DNA from: Chitinophagia bacterium
GTDB taxonomy: Bacteria > Bacteroidota > Bacteroidia > Chitinophagales > Chitinophagaceae
Length of the DNA: 64,000 nt
Direction: 5' to 3'
Assembly (NCBI GenBank): GCA_009920495.1
Contig: RFZW01000001.1
Coordinates: 4,191-68,190 of the forward strand
Shown here: one piece after another, positions 9,175 to 18,668 of the stretch
Layout: the number at the start of each line of letters is the position of its first letter
Numbering within the stretch: the first letter of the stretch is position 1
Notes under the pieces: model-generated
The model's input: only the letters and a program-made list of their open reading frames with translations
Databases searched by the model: none
What the model was told of the DNA's origin: nothing
Translations under genes and position numbers: made by a program

Positions 9175-10788
9175 ATGAAAAAATATATTATTATCATTTT
9201 GATTAATACATTCTTATTCACCGAAGTTAGTTCGCAAAACTATACTGAGGTTTTAGGGAGACCAACTGATTCCACCATTACCCTTAGTATTTTATTTGAT
9301 CAAAGTGTAAATGTGTATTGGGAGTATGGAACATCTCCCGGTAATTATTCTATAATTACACCAGTATATAAAACAATCGCAGATACACCATTAGAAGTAG
9401 ATTTTATTAATTTATTACCAGATACTAAATATTATTATCGAACAAAATATTTAGCAAATAAATCTTCCGGAAATTACATTTCTGGAGCGGAACACTTTTT
9501 TCAAACGCAACGAAAATCAACTACAACATTTTCATTTGTTGTTGAAGCAGATCCACATTTAGATAGTAATACTAATCCAGATGCTTATAAGTTAACCTTA
9601 CAACACATGCTTTCAAAAAAACCCGATTTTATAATTGATCTAGGTGATAATGCAATGAGTGATAAATTACCTGTAATTGATAAAACGTCTATTGTGGATC
9701 GAACCTTATTATTTAGACAATACTTTAATGAGCTTACACATTCTGTTCCATTATATGTAACACTGGGCAATCATGAAGGGGAATTAGGATGGCTTCCAAA
9801 TACAGGTTTAACAAGCTTGCCAACTATGGCTGCTTTAATTAGAAAAACGTATTTTCCCAATCCTTATCCAAATAAATTTTATTCGGGAAATACTATTCCA
9901 GAGGCCAATGTAGGAATTCGAGAAAATTATTATGCTTGGGAATGGGGTAATGCTTTATTTATTGTACTAGATCCATACATGTATACTAAATCAAAACCAG
10001 AATGGGGTTGGACCTTAGGTTTACAACAGTATAATTGGCTAAAAAATACCCTTGCTAATAGTAAAGCAAAATTTAAATTTTTATTTAGTCATCAATTGGT
10101 TGGAGGCTCAGGAACGGAGGGACGCGGCGGAACTGAATTTGCTCATTTATATGAAATGGGCGGTAGAAATACGGATTCTACCTATGGATTTTCAAACAAC
10201 AGACCAGGTTGGGATAAACCTATTCATTACTTAATGTTTGAAAATAAAGCCAGTGTTTATTTTCATGGCCATGATCACTTATTTGCCAAACAAGATAAAG
10301 ATGGCATTGTATATCAAGAAGTCCCTCAACCATCAGCGAAAAATATTACCACTATAACAGGAGCTCCTTATGGTTATGTAAATGGAACCTTATTACCCAA
10401 TAGAGGTTACATGTATGTCACTGTTAGTGCCGATAAGGCACAAGTGGATTATATCAGAACCTATTTGCCAAGTGAAGAAAATGCTACTAGGAAAAACGGA
10501 GATATATCATATACTTATACCATACAACCATCCCCCATTACGGGGATCAATGAAGTTATAAGTAATGATTTTGTTAAAATATTTCCCAATCCAGCAAATA
10601 ATAAAATTAGTATTCAATATAAAGAAAATAATAATTATCAAATTAAAATATTGAATATAATGGGAGAGTCTGTATTGGTTACAAAAACAAAAGAAATTGA
10701 TACAAGTAGATTACCCAATGGCATCTACTTTTTAAATTTCGAAACAGATAAATTTATATCAAGTAAAAAAATTATAATTCAACATTGA
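9175..10788 (+). CDS. Secreted metallophosphoesterase with T9SS C-terminal domain (paralog 2)
   Basis: ADPH, LGD, GNHE, GHDH; IFPNPA...GIYFL C-terminal domain. Confidence 0.88.
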   Translation: MKKYIIIILINTFLFTEVSSQNYTEVLGRPTDSTITLSILFDQSVNVYWEYGTSPGNYSIITPVYKTIADTPLEVDFINLLPDTKYYYRTKYLANKSSGNYISGAEHFFQTQRKSTTTFSFVVEADPHLDSNTNPDAYKLTLQHMLSKKPDFIIDLGDNAMSDKLPVIDKTSIVDRTLLFRQYFNELTHSVPLYVTLGNHEGELGWLPNTGLTSLPTMAALIRKTYFPNPYPNKFYSGNTIPEANVGIRENYYAWEWGNALFIVLDPYMYTKSKPEWGWTLGLQQYNWLKNTLANSKAKFKFLFSHQLVGGSGTEGRGGTEFAHLYEMGGRNTDSTYGFSNNRPGWDKPIHYLMFENKASVYFHGHDHLFAKQDKDGIVYQEVPQPSAKNITTITGAPYGYVNGTLLPNRGYMYVTVSADKAQVDYIRTYLPSEENATRKNGDISYTYTIQPSPITGINEVISNDFVKIFPNPANNKISIQYKENNNYQIKILNIMGESVLVTKTKEIDTSRLPNGIYFLNFETDKFISSKKIIIQH

Positions 10789-10902
10789 GTTATTTATAAA
10801 AATTATAAAGTAAATCAAATTTCTACAATGTTGGTTTAATTATTAATCAATTATCTAATAATATACTATGATTTCAGAAACCAATTATTAAAATAATTTA
10901 TT

Positions 10903-12396
10903 ATGCAGCCAAAAAAACTTATACCTTTTTTCTTTTGTACATCTTTATTGATTATAGTTTCTACAACAAGCTTCTCTCAAAAGGGGAAAAAATTTGAACA
11001 AAAAAAACAAAATCAAAAAGGATCAAAAAACTTTGGGAACAAAATGAGTGAATTAGCAATACCTATTGGAAACATGATTATTGGCTCCCCTACAAATAAT
11101 TCAGTCACTGCAAGTGTAATTCTTGAAAAAGATGCTGAAGGGTTCATTGAATATGCAATAGAAAGTGGTAAATACAATTATAAAACTAGTATGTTTAAAA
11201 CTACAAATAGTGAACCACTTGAAATCATTATTAATCAATTAAAACCAAATTCATTGTATTATTACAGATTAAACTATCGCCTAGCAGGTGAGAGTAAATT
11301 TACTGTAACATCTGAATCTTGGTTTGCAACTCAAAAAAATCCAACTACATCATTCTCTTTTGGAATACAAGGAGATTCACATCCAGAAAGAGTAGGTAAA
11401 ATGTTTAATTCAAATTTATATCAACAAACAATAGAACATGTTACTGAATATAAACCTGATTTCTATTTTATGCTTGGAGATGACTTTAACATAGATAGAC
11501 TGGTAGCAAGTAATTCAGCCACACGTGAAAATGTAGAACCTATTTATAAAACACAACGTTATTATCTAGGTAATCCAGGGACAAATCCACCACTTTACTT
11601 AGTTAACGGTAACCATGAACAGGCTGCCAAATATTTATTGAATGGTACACCAGATAACGCTGCTATACAAGCTGGGCTTGCTAGAAAAAAGTTTTTTCCA
11701 TTACCTGCACCAAATCAATTTTATAGTGGCGATAATGATACAGTTCCATTTATTGGATTACTAAAAGATTATTATGCATTTGAGTGGGGTAATGCTTTGT
11801 TTGTAGTGATAGACCCATATTGGCATTCAGATGTAGCAGTAGACAACCAGCCCAATATTGAAGGGAACAAGGGAAAGAAAGATCCCTGGAGCATCACACT
11901 TGGTATAAAACAATATGAATGGCTTAAAAAAACCTTGGAAAATTCAAAATCAAAATTCAAATTTGTTTTTGCACACCATGTTAATGGTACAGGACGTGGA
12001 GGTGTAGAAAGAGCAAAATATTATGAGTGGGGAGGTTTTGGACAAAATGGGCAATGGCAGTTTGACAGCTATCGAAGCGGATGGGATATGCCCATCCACC
12101 AACTATTTATAAATAACAAAGTATCCATATTTTTTCAGGGGCATGACCACCTTTTTGCAAAACAAGAACTAGATGGTGTTATTTATCAATCTGTACCTAA
12201 TCCGGCAGATGATACTCATACGGCTTTTAATAAAGAAGCTTATACAATTGGAGAAATACTTCCAAATTCTGGATTTTTACATATTACAGTTCATCCTGAG
12301 GATGTGAAAGTGGAATATATAAGATCATACTTCATGAAAAACTCAGAGCACAATGAAGATGCTTCAAAGACTTTTACTTATACCATAAAAAAATAA
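10903..12396 (+). CDS. Metallophosphoesterase without T9SS domain (paralog 3)
   Basis: GDSH, LGDD, GNHE, GHDH; shares YYAxxWGxALFxVxD with paralogs 1 and 2. Confidence 0.88.
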   Translation: MQPKKLIPFFFCTSLLIIVSTTSFSQKGKKFEQKKQNQKGSKNFGNKMSELAIPIGNMIIGSPTNNSVTASVILEKDAEGFIEYAIESGKYNYKTSMFKTTNSEPLEIIINQLKPNSLYYYRLNYRLAGESKFTVTSESWFATQKNPTTSFSFGIQGDSHPERVGKMFNSNLYQQTIEHVTEYKPDFYFMLGDDFNIDRLVASNSATRENVEPIYKTQRYYLGNPGTNPPLYLVNGNHEQAAKYLLNGTPDNAAIQAGLARKKFFPLPAPNQFYSGDNDTVPFIGLLKDYYAFEWGNALFVVIDPYWHSDVAVDNQPNIEGNKGKKDPWSITLGIKQYEWLKKTLENSKSKFKFVFAHHVNGTGRGGVERAKYYEWGGFGQNGQWQFDSYRSGWDMPIHQLFINNKVSIFFQGHDHLFAKQELDGVIYQSVPNPADDTHTAFNKEAYTIGEILPNSGFLHITVHPEDVKVEYIRSYFMKNSEHNEDASKTFTYTIKK

Positions 12397-12592
12397 AATT
12401 CTAATTGCCCCCAAGGGTTTATTATTTTATTTTAAAGTTTGGAGTTATAAGAATGAATTTCTAAACTTGATAAAATGATGAAATTCCTCTGCGTGAGGAA
12501 AACGCCCCCTGAATTCGGTCCAAATCGGTTGATTTCGGTTTTGTAAAAAAATAACCTATTAAAAATCAACACTTTCATTTACTTGAAAAATC

Positions 12593-12636
12593 TTCATAAT
12601 CCTGAGGTCCCGGGTTCAAATCCCGATCTCGCTACA
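12593..12636 (+). pseudogene. 3' half of elongator tRNA-Met(CAT) (att core fragment, second copy)
   Basis: TTCATAATCCTGAGGTCCCGGGTTCAAATCCCGATCTCGCTACA; 2 differences from 3827-3870. Confidence 0.88.
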
Positions 12637-12668
12637 AAGCCTCTCAACGCAAGTTGAGAGGCTTTTTT
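12637..12668 (+). terminator. Rho-independent terminator after the tRNA fragment
   Basis: AAGCCTCTCAAC-GCAA-GTTGAGAGGCTT followed by a T-tract. Confidence 0.75.
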
Positions 12669-13037
12669 AATGTGAAGCCGCGAAACAAGCTTGCTTGATT
12701 GAGCGGAGGAGCGTTAAAAAAGACAAACGCAAATCGAAGATTTGTGTTTGAAAGGCTTTGGGTAAGGCGACCTTGGAGGATGACAGCGAACGAAGTGAAG
12801 CTGGCAATCCCGTTAAATAGTGGGTCCTTTTTTGTTTTTACGTGAGGTTTTCTATTTTCTTACGAATGCCCTTTAATTACAATCTTCATTATTTTATAGT
12901 TCAGTATAAAAAAACGAATTAATTGAAAGAATATAGATCTCCTTAAAAACAATGTAAAATTATTAGGGGTAGGAGGATAATACTGCTCGGAGTATTTTGT
13001 TATAATGAGTCTGTTTTCCATTATGTTTTTTTTATTT

Positions 13038-14501
13038 TTATTCAGGAATCATCCACCAAAATGGCAAACCTTTTGCTTTGTATAAGAACATATAATGCAT
13101 TAACCACTTTAACCAATGTCCTGCCAATCCTGGTTCGCCCATGGTGGTTTTAATATCTCTTCCCCACTGAGGAAATTTTTCCCAATCGGGTACTACAGGG
13201 CTCACAGTCATGGTAGCCGCAGTTCCTTTTCGCATGCCATATCCAGCTGATACAATACAAGCTGCACCCATACGTCCCATTGATGCCTTGTGAATCATTG
13301 TGGCATTGCCAGTTTTTATCCAGTTTATGATATTGTCTGCTGTTACCTTGCCCATAATTCCTGAAGGCATACCAGTTCTTGGGGCTGATGCAAAAATGGG
13401 TGTACCATTTTTACTTGTCATGGGTTTAGAAATAGAGTGGGGAGGTGCAAATGCAATACCGGGTGCAAAGATGTTAGGATAACTTGGATTTTGATAAGTT
13501 TCAGGCCAATCTTTAATAGTCCATTGTTCAAATGGTTTTGGGGTATAGTCTGCATCTACTTTCATAAGTCCACTTAGTGCAAATAATTTATCTGAAATGT
13601 CTTTACCTGTTTTATCATAGGCTTTAAATCCATGTCCTGCAAAACCTGGTATGAGCATCGCGAAATCATAGGGCTGTTCTAAATATTCCCCATCTAAATT
13701 TTCGTAATAAATTGTATGATCGTCTAATTTTTTCACACCTGCTCTTTTAATCCAGGTAATGTTTCTTTCAACAAAATATGATTCTGCAAACAACTTAGTA
13801 TTTGAAATAAATCCACCTTTTGGAATAAAGGCGCCACCCATTCCAAAGTCACCTAATTCATATTCATTCGTAATCCAAATTACTTGGGCTTGCTTTTCTA
13901 ATCCTCTTCTTTTAATTTCAAAATCAACATTTAAAATATACTCAAAGGCGGCACCTTGGCAGGTTGCAGTGGGATAGCCTGTTCCAATGACAAAAATTTG
14001 TTTTTCGCCATTTTTCATTTTGTCCAATTTTTCTTGAAATAGTTCCCATGCATGACTGGCATGACCAAAAGTACATACCGATGCAATATTCCCATTTCCA
14101 GGAACTAGACCTTCTGTTGCTTCAAAGTTTAATTTTGGTCCCGTAGCATTAATTAAATAATCGTAAGCTACTTTTATTTTTTCACCTTTATTTTCTTCGT
14201 TGGTATATTCTACTTCAACAAATCCTGTATTCATATGCTCATCACCTTCAGGGTAAAAACTTTGCGCCTTCGCTTGAATAAATTCAATCCCCCATTTTTT
14301 ATACAATGGTCTTAAATCAAATTTAATTTCTTCAGGGGTCATTCTACCAACACCCACCCAAATATTGGATGGAATCCATTGATAGTTTGGAGTAGGAGAG
14401 ATCACTTTTATCTTATGCTCGTTTTTATTGAGTCCTTTTTGAAGGTATGCCGCAGCCGTATGACCAGCAACGCCTGCGCCTAATACAACAATATTTGCCA
14501 T
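13038..14501 (-). CDS. sqr: Sulfide:quinone oxidoreductase family flavoprotein
   Basis: GAGVAG Rossmann motif, WIPSNIWVGVG, SVCT, TCQGAAFEY, PRTGMPSG, amphipathic C-terminus; sulfur-transfer gene neighbours. Confidence 0.8.
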   Translation of the reverse strand: MANIVVLGAGVAGHTAAAYLQKGLNKNEHKIKVISPTPNYQWIPSNIWVGVGRMTPEEIKFDLRPLYKKWGIEFIQAKAQSFYPEGDEHMNTGFVEVEYTNEENKGEKIKVAYDYLINATGPKLNFEATEGLVPGNGNIASVCTFGHASHAWELFQEKLDKMKNGEKQIFVIGTGYPTATCQGAAFEYILNVDFEIKRRGLEKQAQVIWITNEYELGDFGMGGAFIPKGGFISNTKLFAESYFVERNITWIKRAGVKKLDDHTIYYENLDGEYLEQPYDFAMLIPGFAGHGFKAYDKTGKDISDKLFALSGLMKVDADYTPKPFEQWTIKDWPETYQNPSYPNIFAPGIAFAPPHSISKPMTSKNGTPIFASAPRTGMPSGIMGKVTADNIINWIKTGNATMIHKASMGRMGAACIVSAGYGMRKGTAATMTVSPVVPDWEKFPQWGRDIKTTMGEPGLAGHWLKWLMHYMFLYKAKGLPFWWMIPE

Positions 14502-14545
14502 GTTATCTTGTTTCAGTAAATGTACTTACTGCCTTTGCCAATAGT

Positions 14546-14561
14546 AGTGATATATATCACA
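14546..14561. promoter_or_regulatory. CRP/FNR-type palindrome
   Basis: AGTGA-TATATA-TCACA in the sqr / CoA-disulfide reductase divergent promoter region. Confidence 0.65.
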
Positions 14562-14602
14562 ATTGATAATTTAAAATCCAATTAATATCATAACTAGTGT
14601 AG

Positions 14603-14618
14603 CGTGATTTATGTCACA
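14603..14618. promoter_or_regulatory. CRP/FNR-type palindrome
   Basis: CGTGA-TTTATG-TCACA, 46 bp upstream of the 14665 start. Confidence 0.65.
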
Positions 14619-14664
14619 ATTAAGATTTTATTATTGATTGAACTTTGTGGTCTAAAATATTAAA

Positions 14665-16329
14665 ATGAAATACATAATAGTTGGCGCAGTGGCAGGTGGA
14701 GCAAGCACTGCAGCAAGGTTAAGACGCTTGGATGAGCATGCTGAAATCGTACTATTTGAAAAGGGCGAGTATATTTCTTATGCCAATTGTGGTTTGCCCT
14801 ATTATATTGGAAATGTAATTACAGATAGAAATAAATTATTTGTACAAACTGCGGCCTCTTTTAATCAAAGATTTAAGATTGATGTTCGAATTCAAACCGA
14901 GGTATTAGAAGTGAATGCTGCAACTAAAATCATTAATGCAAGAAATCAGAAAACAGGAGAACTTTACAGTGAAACTTATGATAAATTGGTTTTGTCTCCT
15001 GGTGCTGAACCTATGAGGCCGCCTTTATCTGGAATAATGAGTGAAGGGATATTCACATTAAGAAATGTGAATGATACGGATTACATTAAGTCCTATGTTA
15101 GTAATAGAGCAATTAAAAAAGCAGTGGTGATTGGTGCTGGTTTTATTGGATTAGAAATGGCCGAAAATTTGCAAGAATTAGGAATGGAAGTGAGTATCAT
15201 CGAAATGGGTAATCAAATATTAGCGCCATTAGATTTTCCTATTGCAGCCATTGTTCAACAGCATATCCGCAGTAAAGGAGTAGATCTAAGTTTAAATACA
15301 GCAGTTACAGGATTTGAGAAAGTAGGTAACCAATTAAAAGTCAATTTAAAATCTGGGGAATCCATAGATGCGGATGTTGTGATATTATCTATTGGAGTAA
15401 AGCCAGATACAAAATTAGCAGTAGGGGCAGGTCTTAAAATAGGAGAAACTAGAGGTATATGGGTAAATGAATTCTTACAAACCTCTAACCCTGATATATA
15501 TGCAGTTGGTGATGCGATTGAATTCACTAACCCAATTACGAATCAAGCCTTAATTACTTATTTAGCAGGTCCTGCCAATAAACAAGGTCGCATTTGTGCT
15601 AATAATATAGTGCTAGGAAATGTACAAAGCTATCATGGTTCAATTAATACAGCTATTGTAAAAGTGTTTGATATGACCATTGCTACTGCTGGAACAGCGG
15701 CTAAACATTTAACCACTGCCCATATCGAGCATAAGGTTTCCACAACACATAATGGATCTCATGCTAGTTATTATCCTGGTTCAAAACAAATGAGTATCCA
15801 AATTGCATTTTCGATAAAAACAGGTCAGTTATTGAGTGCTCAAATTGCAGGTTATGATGGAGTAGATAAAAGGATAGACATTTTATCGTCTATTATTAAA
15901 AGAAAAGGCACCATTGATGAAATGGTTGAATTTGAACATGCTTATGCACCTCCTTATTCTTCAGCAAAAGACCCTGTAAATATGGCTGGTTTTGTAGCTG
16001 AAAATATTATATTAGATAGGCTCCGTATTTTTTATTGGAATGAGCTACCTACTATAAGCCCTGACGATTTATTAATTGATGTAAGAACTGCAGCTGAATT
16101 TGAAAATGGAAAAATACCCAATGCAATCAATATTCCTATTGATGAGATTAGAGATAGATTAGGAGAGATTTCAAAAAATAAAAGAATTTATATTTATTGC
16201 GAGGCAGGACTTAGAGGGTACTTAGCACAACGAATACTTTTACAGAATGGCTATGAGCAAGTACAAAACCTATCGGGTGGGTATCAATTATGGAAGGCCG
16301 CAAGTACTGAGTTAGCTTTAGTTTCTTAA
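14665..16329 (+). CDS. CoA-disulfide/persulfide reductase with C-terminal rhodanese domain (CoADR-RHD/Npsr-like)
   Basis: GAVAGG, SYANCGLPY, GAGFIG, YAPPYS, rhodanese IDVR...YCEAGLRG. Confidence 0.9.
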   Translation: MKYIIVGAVAGGASTAARLRRLDEHAEIVLFEKGEYISYANCGLPYYIGNVITDRNKLFVQTAASFNQRFKIDVRIQTEVLEVNAATKIINARNQKTGELYSETYDKLVLSPGAEPMRPPLSGIMSEGIFTLRNVNDTDYIKSYVSNRAIKKAVVIGAGFIGLEMAENLQELGMEVSIIEMGNQILAPLDFPIAAIVQQHIRSKGVDLSLNTAVTGFEKVGNQLKVNLKSGESIDADVVILSIGVKPDTKLAVGAGLKIGETRGIWVNEFLQTSNPDIYAVGDAIEFTNPITNQALITYLAGPANKQGRICANNIVLGNVQSYHGSINTAIVKVFDMTIATAGTAAKHLTTAHIEHKVSTTHNGSHASYYPGSKQMSIQIAFSIKTGQLLSAQIAGYDGVDKRIDILSSIIKRKGTIDEMVEFEHAYAPPYSSAKDPVNMAGFVAENIILDRLRIFYWNELPTISPDDLLIDVRTAAEFENGKIPNAINIPIDEIRDRLGEISKNKRIYIYCEAGLRGYLAQRILLQNGYEQVQNLSGGYQLWKAASTELALVS

Positions 16330-16345
16330 ACTTAGATTAAGTAAT

Positions 16346-16380
16346 AAAAAAGGAGCCATCGTAATTATGGCTCCTTTTTT
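16346..16380. terminator. Bidirectional Rho-independent terminator
   Basis: AAAAAAGGAGCCAT-CGTAATT-ATGGCTCCTTTTTT between convergent genes. Confidence 0.85.
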
Positions 16381-16407
16381 ATTTAGCTATTTTCAACTAA
16401 AATTTTG

Positions 16408-16584
16408 CTACTTTTTTGAATTACTGTTCAAACCTAAAATAGTGTACAAAGGACAAAAACTAACAATACTCGTTAATAAAAAAACACCACCTACTACGAG
16501 TAAAACAATACCTGCTGTACCTTCTATGGTTTTAGTAATATAAAGCATTGCAAATGCAATGGCTATAATAATTCTAATTGCTTT
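16408..16584 (-). pseudogene. DUF2892 (YgaP-like) membrane protein lacking its N-terminus
   Basis: Hand translation KAIRIIIAIAFAMLYITKTIEGTAGIVLLVVGGVFLLTSIVSFCPLYTILGLNSNSKK*; FCPLY motif; no start codon, joined out of frame to the upstream gene. Confidence 0.75.
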
Positions 16585-16754
16585 GCAACTAAAAAGCCCA
16601 TTACTGCACCATACAAGGTACTGTTAATTGGCTTAGAAGTAATCATGCAGGTACCACTAGAACAACCTACAAATTTCCAATATAAGAAACCAGCTACCGC
16701 TCCAAGGGTAATACCTATTAAATCTCGTTTATACTTTTGAAAAAATAAAGTCAT
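16563..16754 (-). CDS. DUF6132 family small membrane protein (C-terminus probably altered by a deletion)
   Basis: GFLYWKFVGCSSGTCMITSKPINSTLYG motif. Confidence 0.8.
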   Translation of the reverse strand: MTLFFQKYKRDLIGITLGAVAGFLYWKFVGCSSGTCMITSKPINSTLYGAVMGFLVAKQLELL

Positions 16755-16756
16755 AG

Positions 16757-17065
16757 TTATCTAAGTTTTGATTGAAGTCCAAACCAAGAACCTCCATTAT
16801 ACACTTCGATACCTGCAGCTTTTAGTACTGATTTAGCCATACCGCTTCTAGCACCACTTTGACAAACTGTAATTACAGGTTTATTCCACTTTTTAATATT
16901 ACTTATTTCTCGTTGAACATTATTTACAGGAATATTTTTGGATCCCTTAATATTACCTCTATCAAATTCTTGAGGAGAACGAACGTCCAAAATAATAGCA
17001 CCTGCCTCTTTGAGTTCTTTAAAATCAGTTCCAGGGCCAAATAGTTTTTTGAAAAAGGGGAACAT
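16757..17065 (-). CDS. Rhodanese-like protein
   Basis: ILDVRSPQEF, VCQSGARS. Confidence 0.9.
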   Translation of the reverse strand: MFPFFKKLFGPGTDFKELKEAGAIILDVRSPQEFDRGNIKGSKNIPVNNVQREISNIKKWNKPVITVCQSGARSGMAKSVLKAAGIEVYNGGSWFGLQSKLR

Positions 17066-17066
17066 A

Positions 17067-17354
17067 TTAATTATTGTTTATGATGTTATTTAGGCTAAAA
17101 ATTCCGCCTCCATTATAAATGTCTTGTATACCATTTTGTTGCAAGATGCCAGTAGCCATTGAGCTACGGCCTCCACTTAAGCAATAGACAACAATTGGCT
17201 TTTGCATTGCAGAGATTTGCTTCATATTGGATTCAATAATATCTAAAGGGATATTGATCGCACCGGGGATGTGGTTTTCTTCAAATTCCATAGGGCTTCT
17301 AACGTCTAATAAAGTGCCCTTTTTTTCCTTAATGGATTTAATTATATTTTGCAT
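17067..17354 (-). CDS. Rhodanese-like protein
   Basis: LLDVRSPMEF, HIPGAINIP, YCLSGGRS. Confidence 0.9.
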   Translation of the reverse strand: MQNIIKSIKEKKGTLLDVRSPMEFEENHIPGAINIPLDIIESNMKQISAMQKPIVVYCLSGGRSSMATGILQQNGIQDIYNGGGIFSLNNIINNN

Positions 17355-17403
17355 TTTGATATATTTTTCTTGTACAAAAGTACATTAACCCAATACTTAA
17401 TTG

Positions 17404-17419
17404 GGTGACATATATCACA
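17404..17419. promoter_or_regulatory. CRP/FNR-type palindrome upstream of the rhodanese operon
   Basis: GGTGA-CATATA-TCACA. Confidence 0.65.
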
Positions 17420-17429
17420 CTACAATGTA

Positions 17430-17937
17430 TTATTTTTTGATCCAGTCAAAAGAGTTTCGGTTCATAATAATCCAGCCGTTATGCTCCATTTTCTTTAATA
17501 GGCGACTAATTACTTCTCTTGAGGTGTTTAAGTCATTGGCAATATCCTGATGGGTTAAATTCACAATGGCACCAAATTGTTTCACATATTTTAGAATATA
17601 AAATTCTAAACGCTCATCCATATTTTTAAATGCATATATCAGTCACCGCCTTAGCTAATACCTGGCTTTGCTCATGATGATAGTTGCATACCAAAGTGAC
17701 AGCACATGCTTCACCTGGATTTAAATGGTACATAAAATATTCACCACCGGTTTCGTCTTCCTGATAAAGTTTAATGGTTCCTTCTACCACCAACATGGCA
17801 GATTTGATATTCTGACCCATTTTTAATAAAGTAGTACCTGCTTTTACTTCTTTCAATTCTGCTTCATTGAGTATGGCATCGTATAAGCCGTCCTCCCAAT
17901 CAGGGAATAGTTTTGTAAGCTTTTCTTTTGATAACAT
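17430..17937 (-). pseudogene. Crp/Fnr family regulator split by an internal deletion/frameshift
   Basis: cNMP-binding domain ORF 17626-17937 and HTH ORF 17430-17621 (THQDIANDLNTSREVISRLL); the linker helix is missing and the frame changes near 17635. Confidence 0.85.
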
Positions 17938-17979
17938 ATAAAGTTAAATTCTACTGTGAATATACGCTATTTGAAGGAA

Positions 17980-17995
17980 TGTAATAATTGTCACA
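17980..17995. promoter_or_regulatory. CRP/FNR-type palindrome
   Basis: TGTAA-TAATTG-TCACA between the crp start and the divergent thioredoxin operon. Confidence 0.55.
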
Positions 17996-18038
17996 AACAG
18001 GCAGTTTTCATTGGTTTAATTTTGAAAAAATACTAAAA

Positions 18039-18296
18039 ATGAGAAATTTACTTTCTAAAATTGATTATACACTAACATTTAGATTACTGCTGAGTATAGC
18101 TATGTGTTATACAGGATACATACAAAATGATTACATGTCAGGTATATTTGGCTTATTCTTGGCTATATATGCAATTATAGGTGCAAAGTATAAAATTGGT
18201 TGTGGATACAACGGATGCGCTTATACGCCAACTCATAAGTCTAAAGAGATATTGGTGGAAGATGTTAAACATATTGATTTTACCGAAATAAAATAA
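18039..18296 (+). CDS. Small membrane protein (DUF2892-like, Cys pair)
   Basis: Two TM helices followed by IGCGYNGC; ATG 18039 preferred over TTG 17988. Confidence 0.65.
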   Translation: MRNLLSKIDYTLTFRLLLSIAMCYTGYIQNDYMSGIFGLFLAIYAIIGAKYKIGCGYNGCAYTPTHKSKEILVEDVKHIDFTEIK

Positions 18297-18301
18297 ATAA
18301 C

Positions 18302-18613
18302 ATGTCCAGTCCTGAAACATTTGCAACAATCATTAATGGTGATTTACCTGTCTTAGTTGATTTTTTTGCTGAGTGGTGTGGCCCCTGTAAAATGATGCCT
18401 CCCATTTTGGAACAAGTTAGAGATAAGTTAGGGGGTAATGTTCGTATTATAAAAATTGATGTAGATAAAAATCAAAAACTAGCATCAGAGTTAAATGTAT
18501 CTAGTGTACCAACGCTTGCAATTTTTTCAAAGGGAGAAATTAAATGGAGACAGCCTGGTGTTCAACAAGCCAACTCATTGGTTCAATTATTAAATAAGTA
18601 TATTGTGTCATAG
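18302..18613 (+). CDS. trxA: Thioredoxin
   Basis: DFFAEWCGPCK motif. Confidence 0.93.
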   Translation: MSSPETFATIINGDLPVLVDFFAEWCGPCKMMPPILEQVRDKLGGNVRIIKIDVDKNQKLASELNVSSVPTLAIFSKGEIKWRQPGVQQANSLVQLLNKYIVS

Positions 18614-18668
18614 TTGGTGTATGATATAATTTATTTTATATACCATAGAATCGAAATAATAAATAATT

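Larger units (their letters stand above)
12489..12847 (+). mobile_element. attP-like junction, repeat copy 3 (complete, with longer structured spacer)
   Basis: CTGCGTGAGG at 12489, TACGTGAGG at 12839; tRNA fragment 12593-12636; arms match copy 2. Confidence 0.8.
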
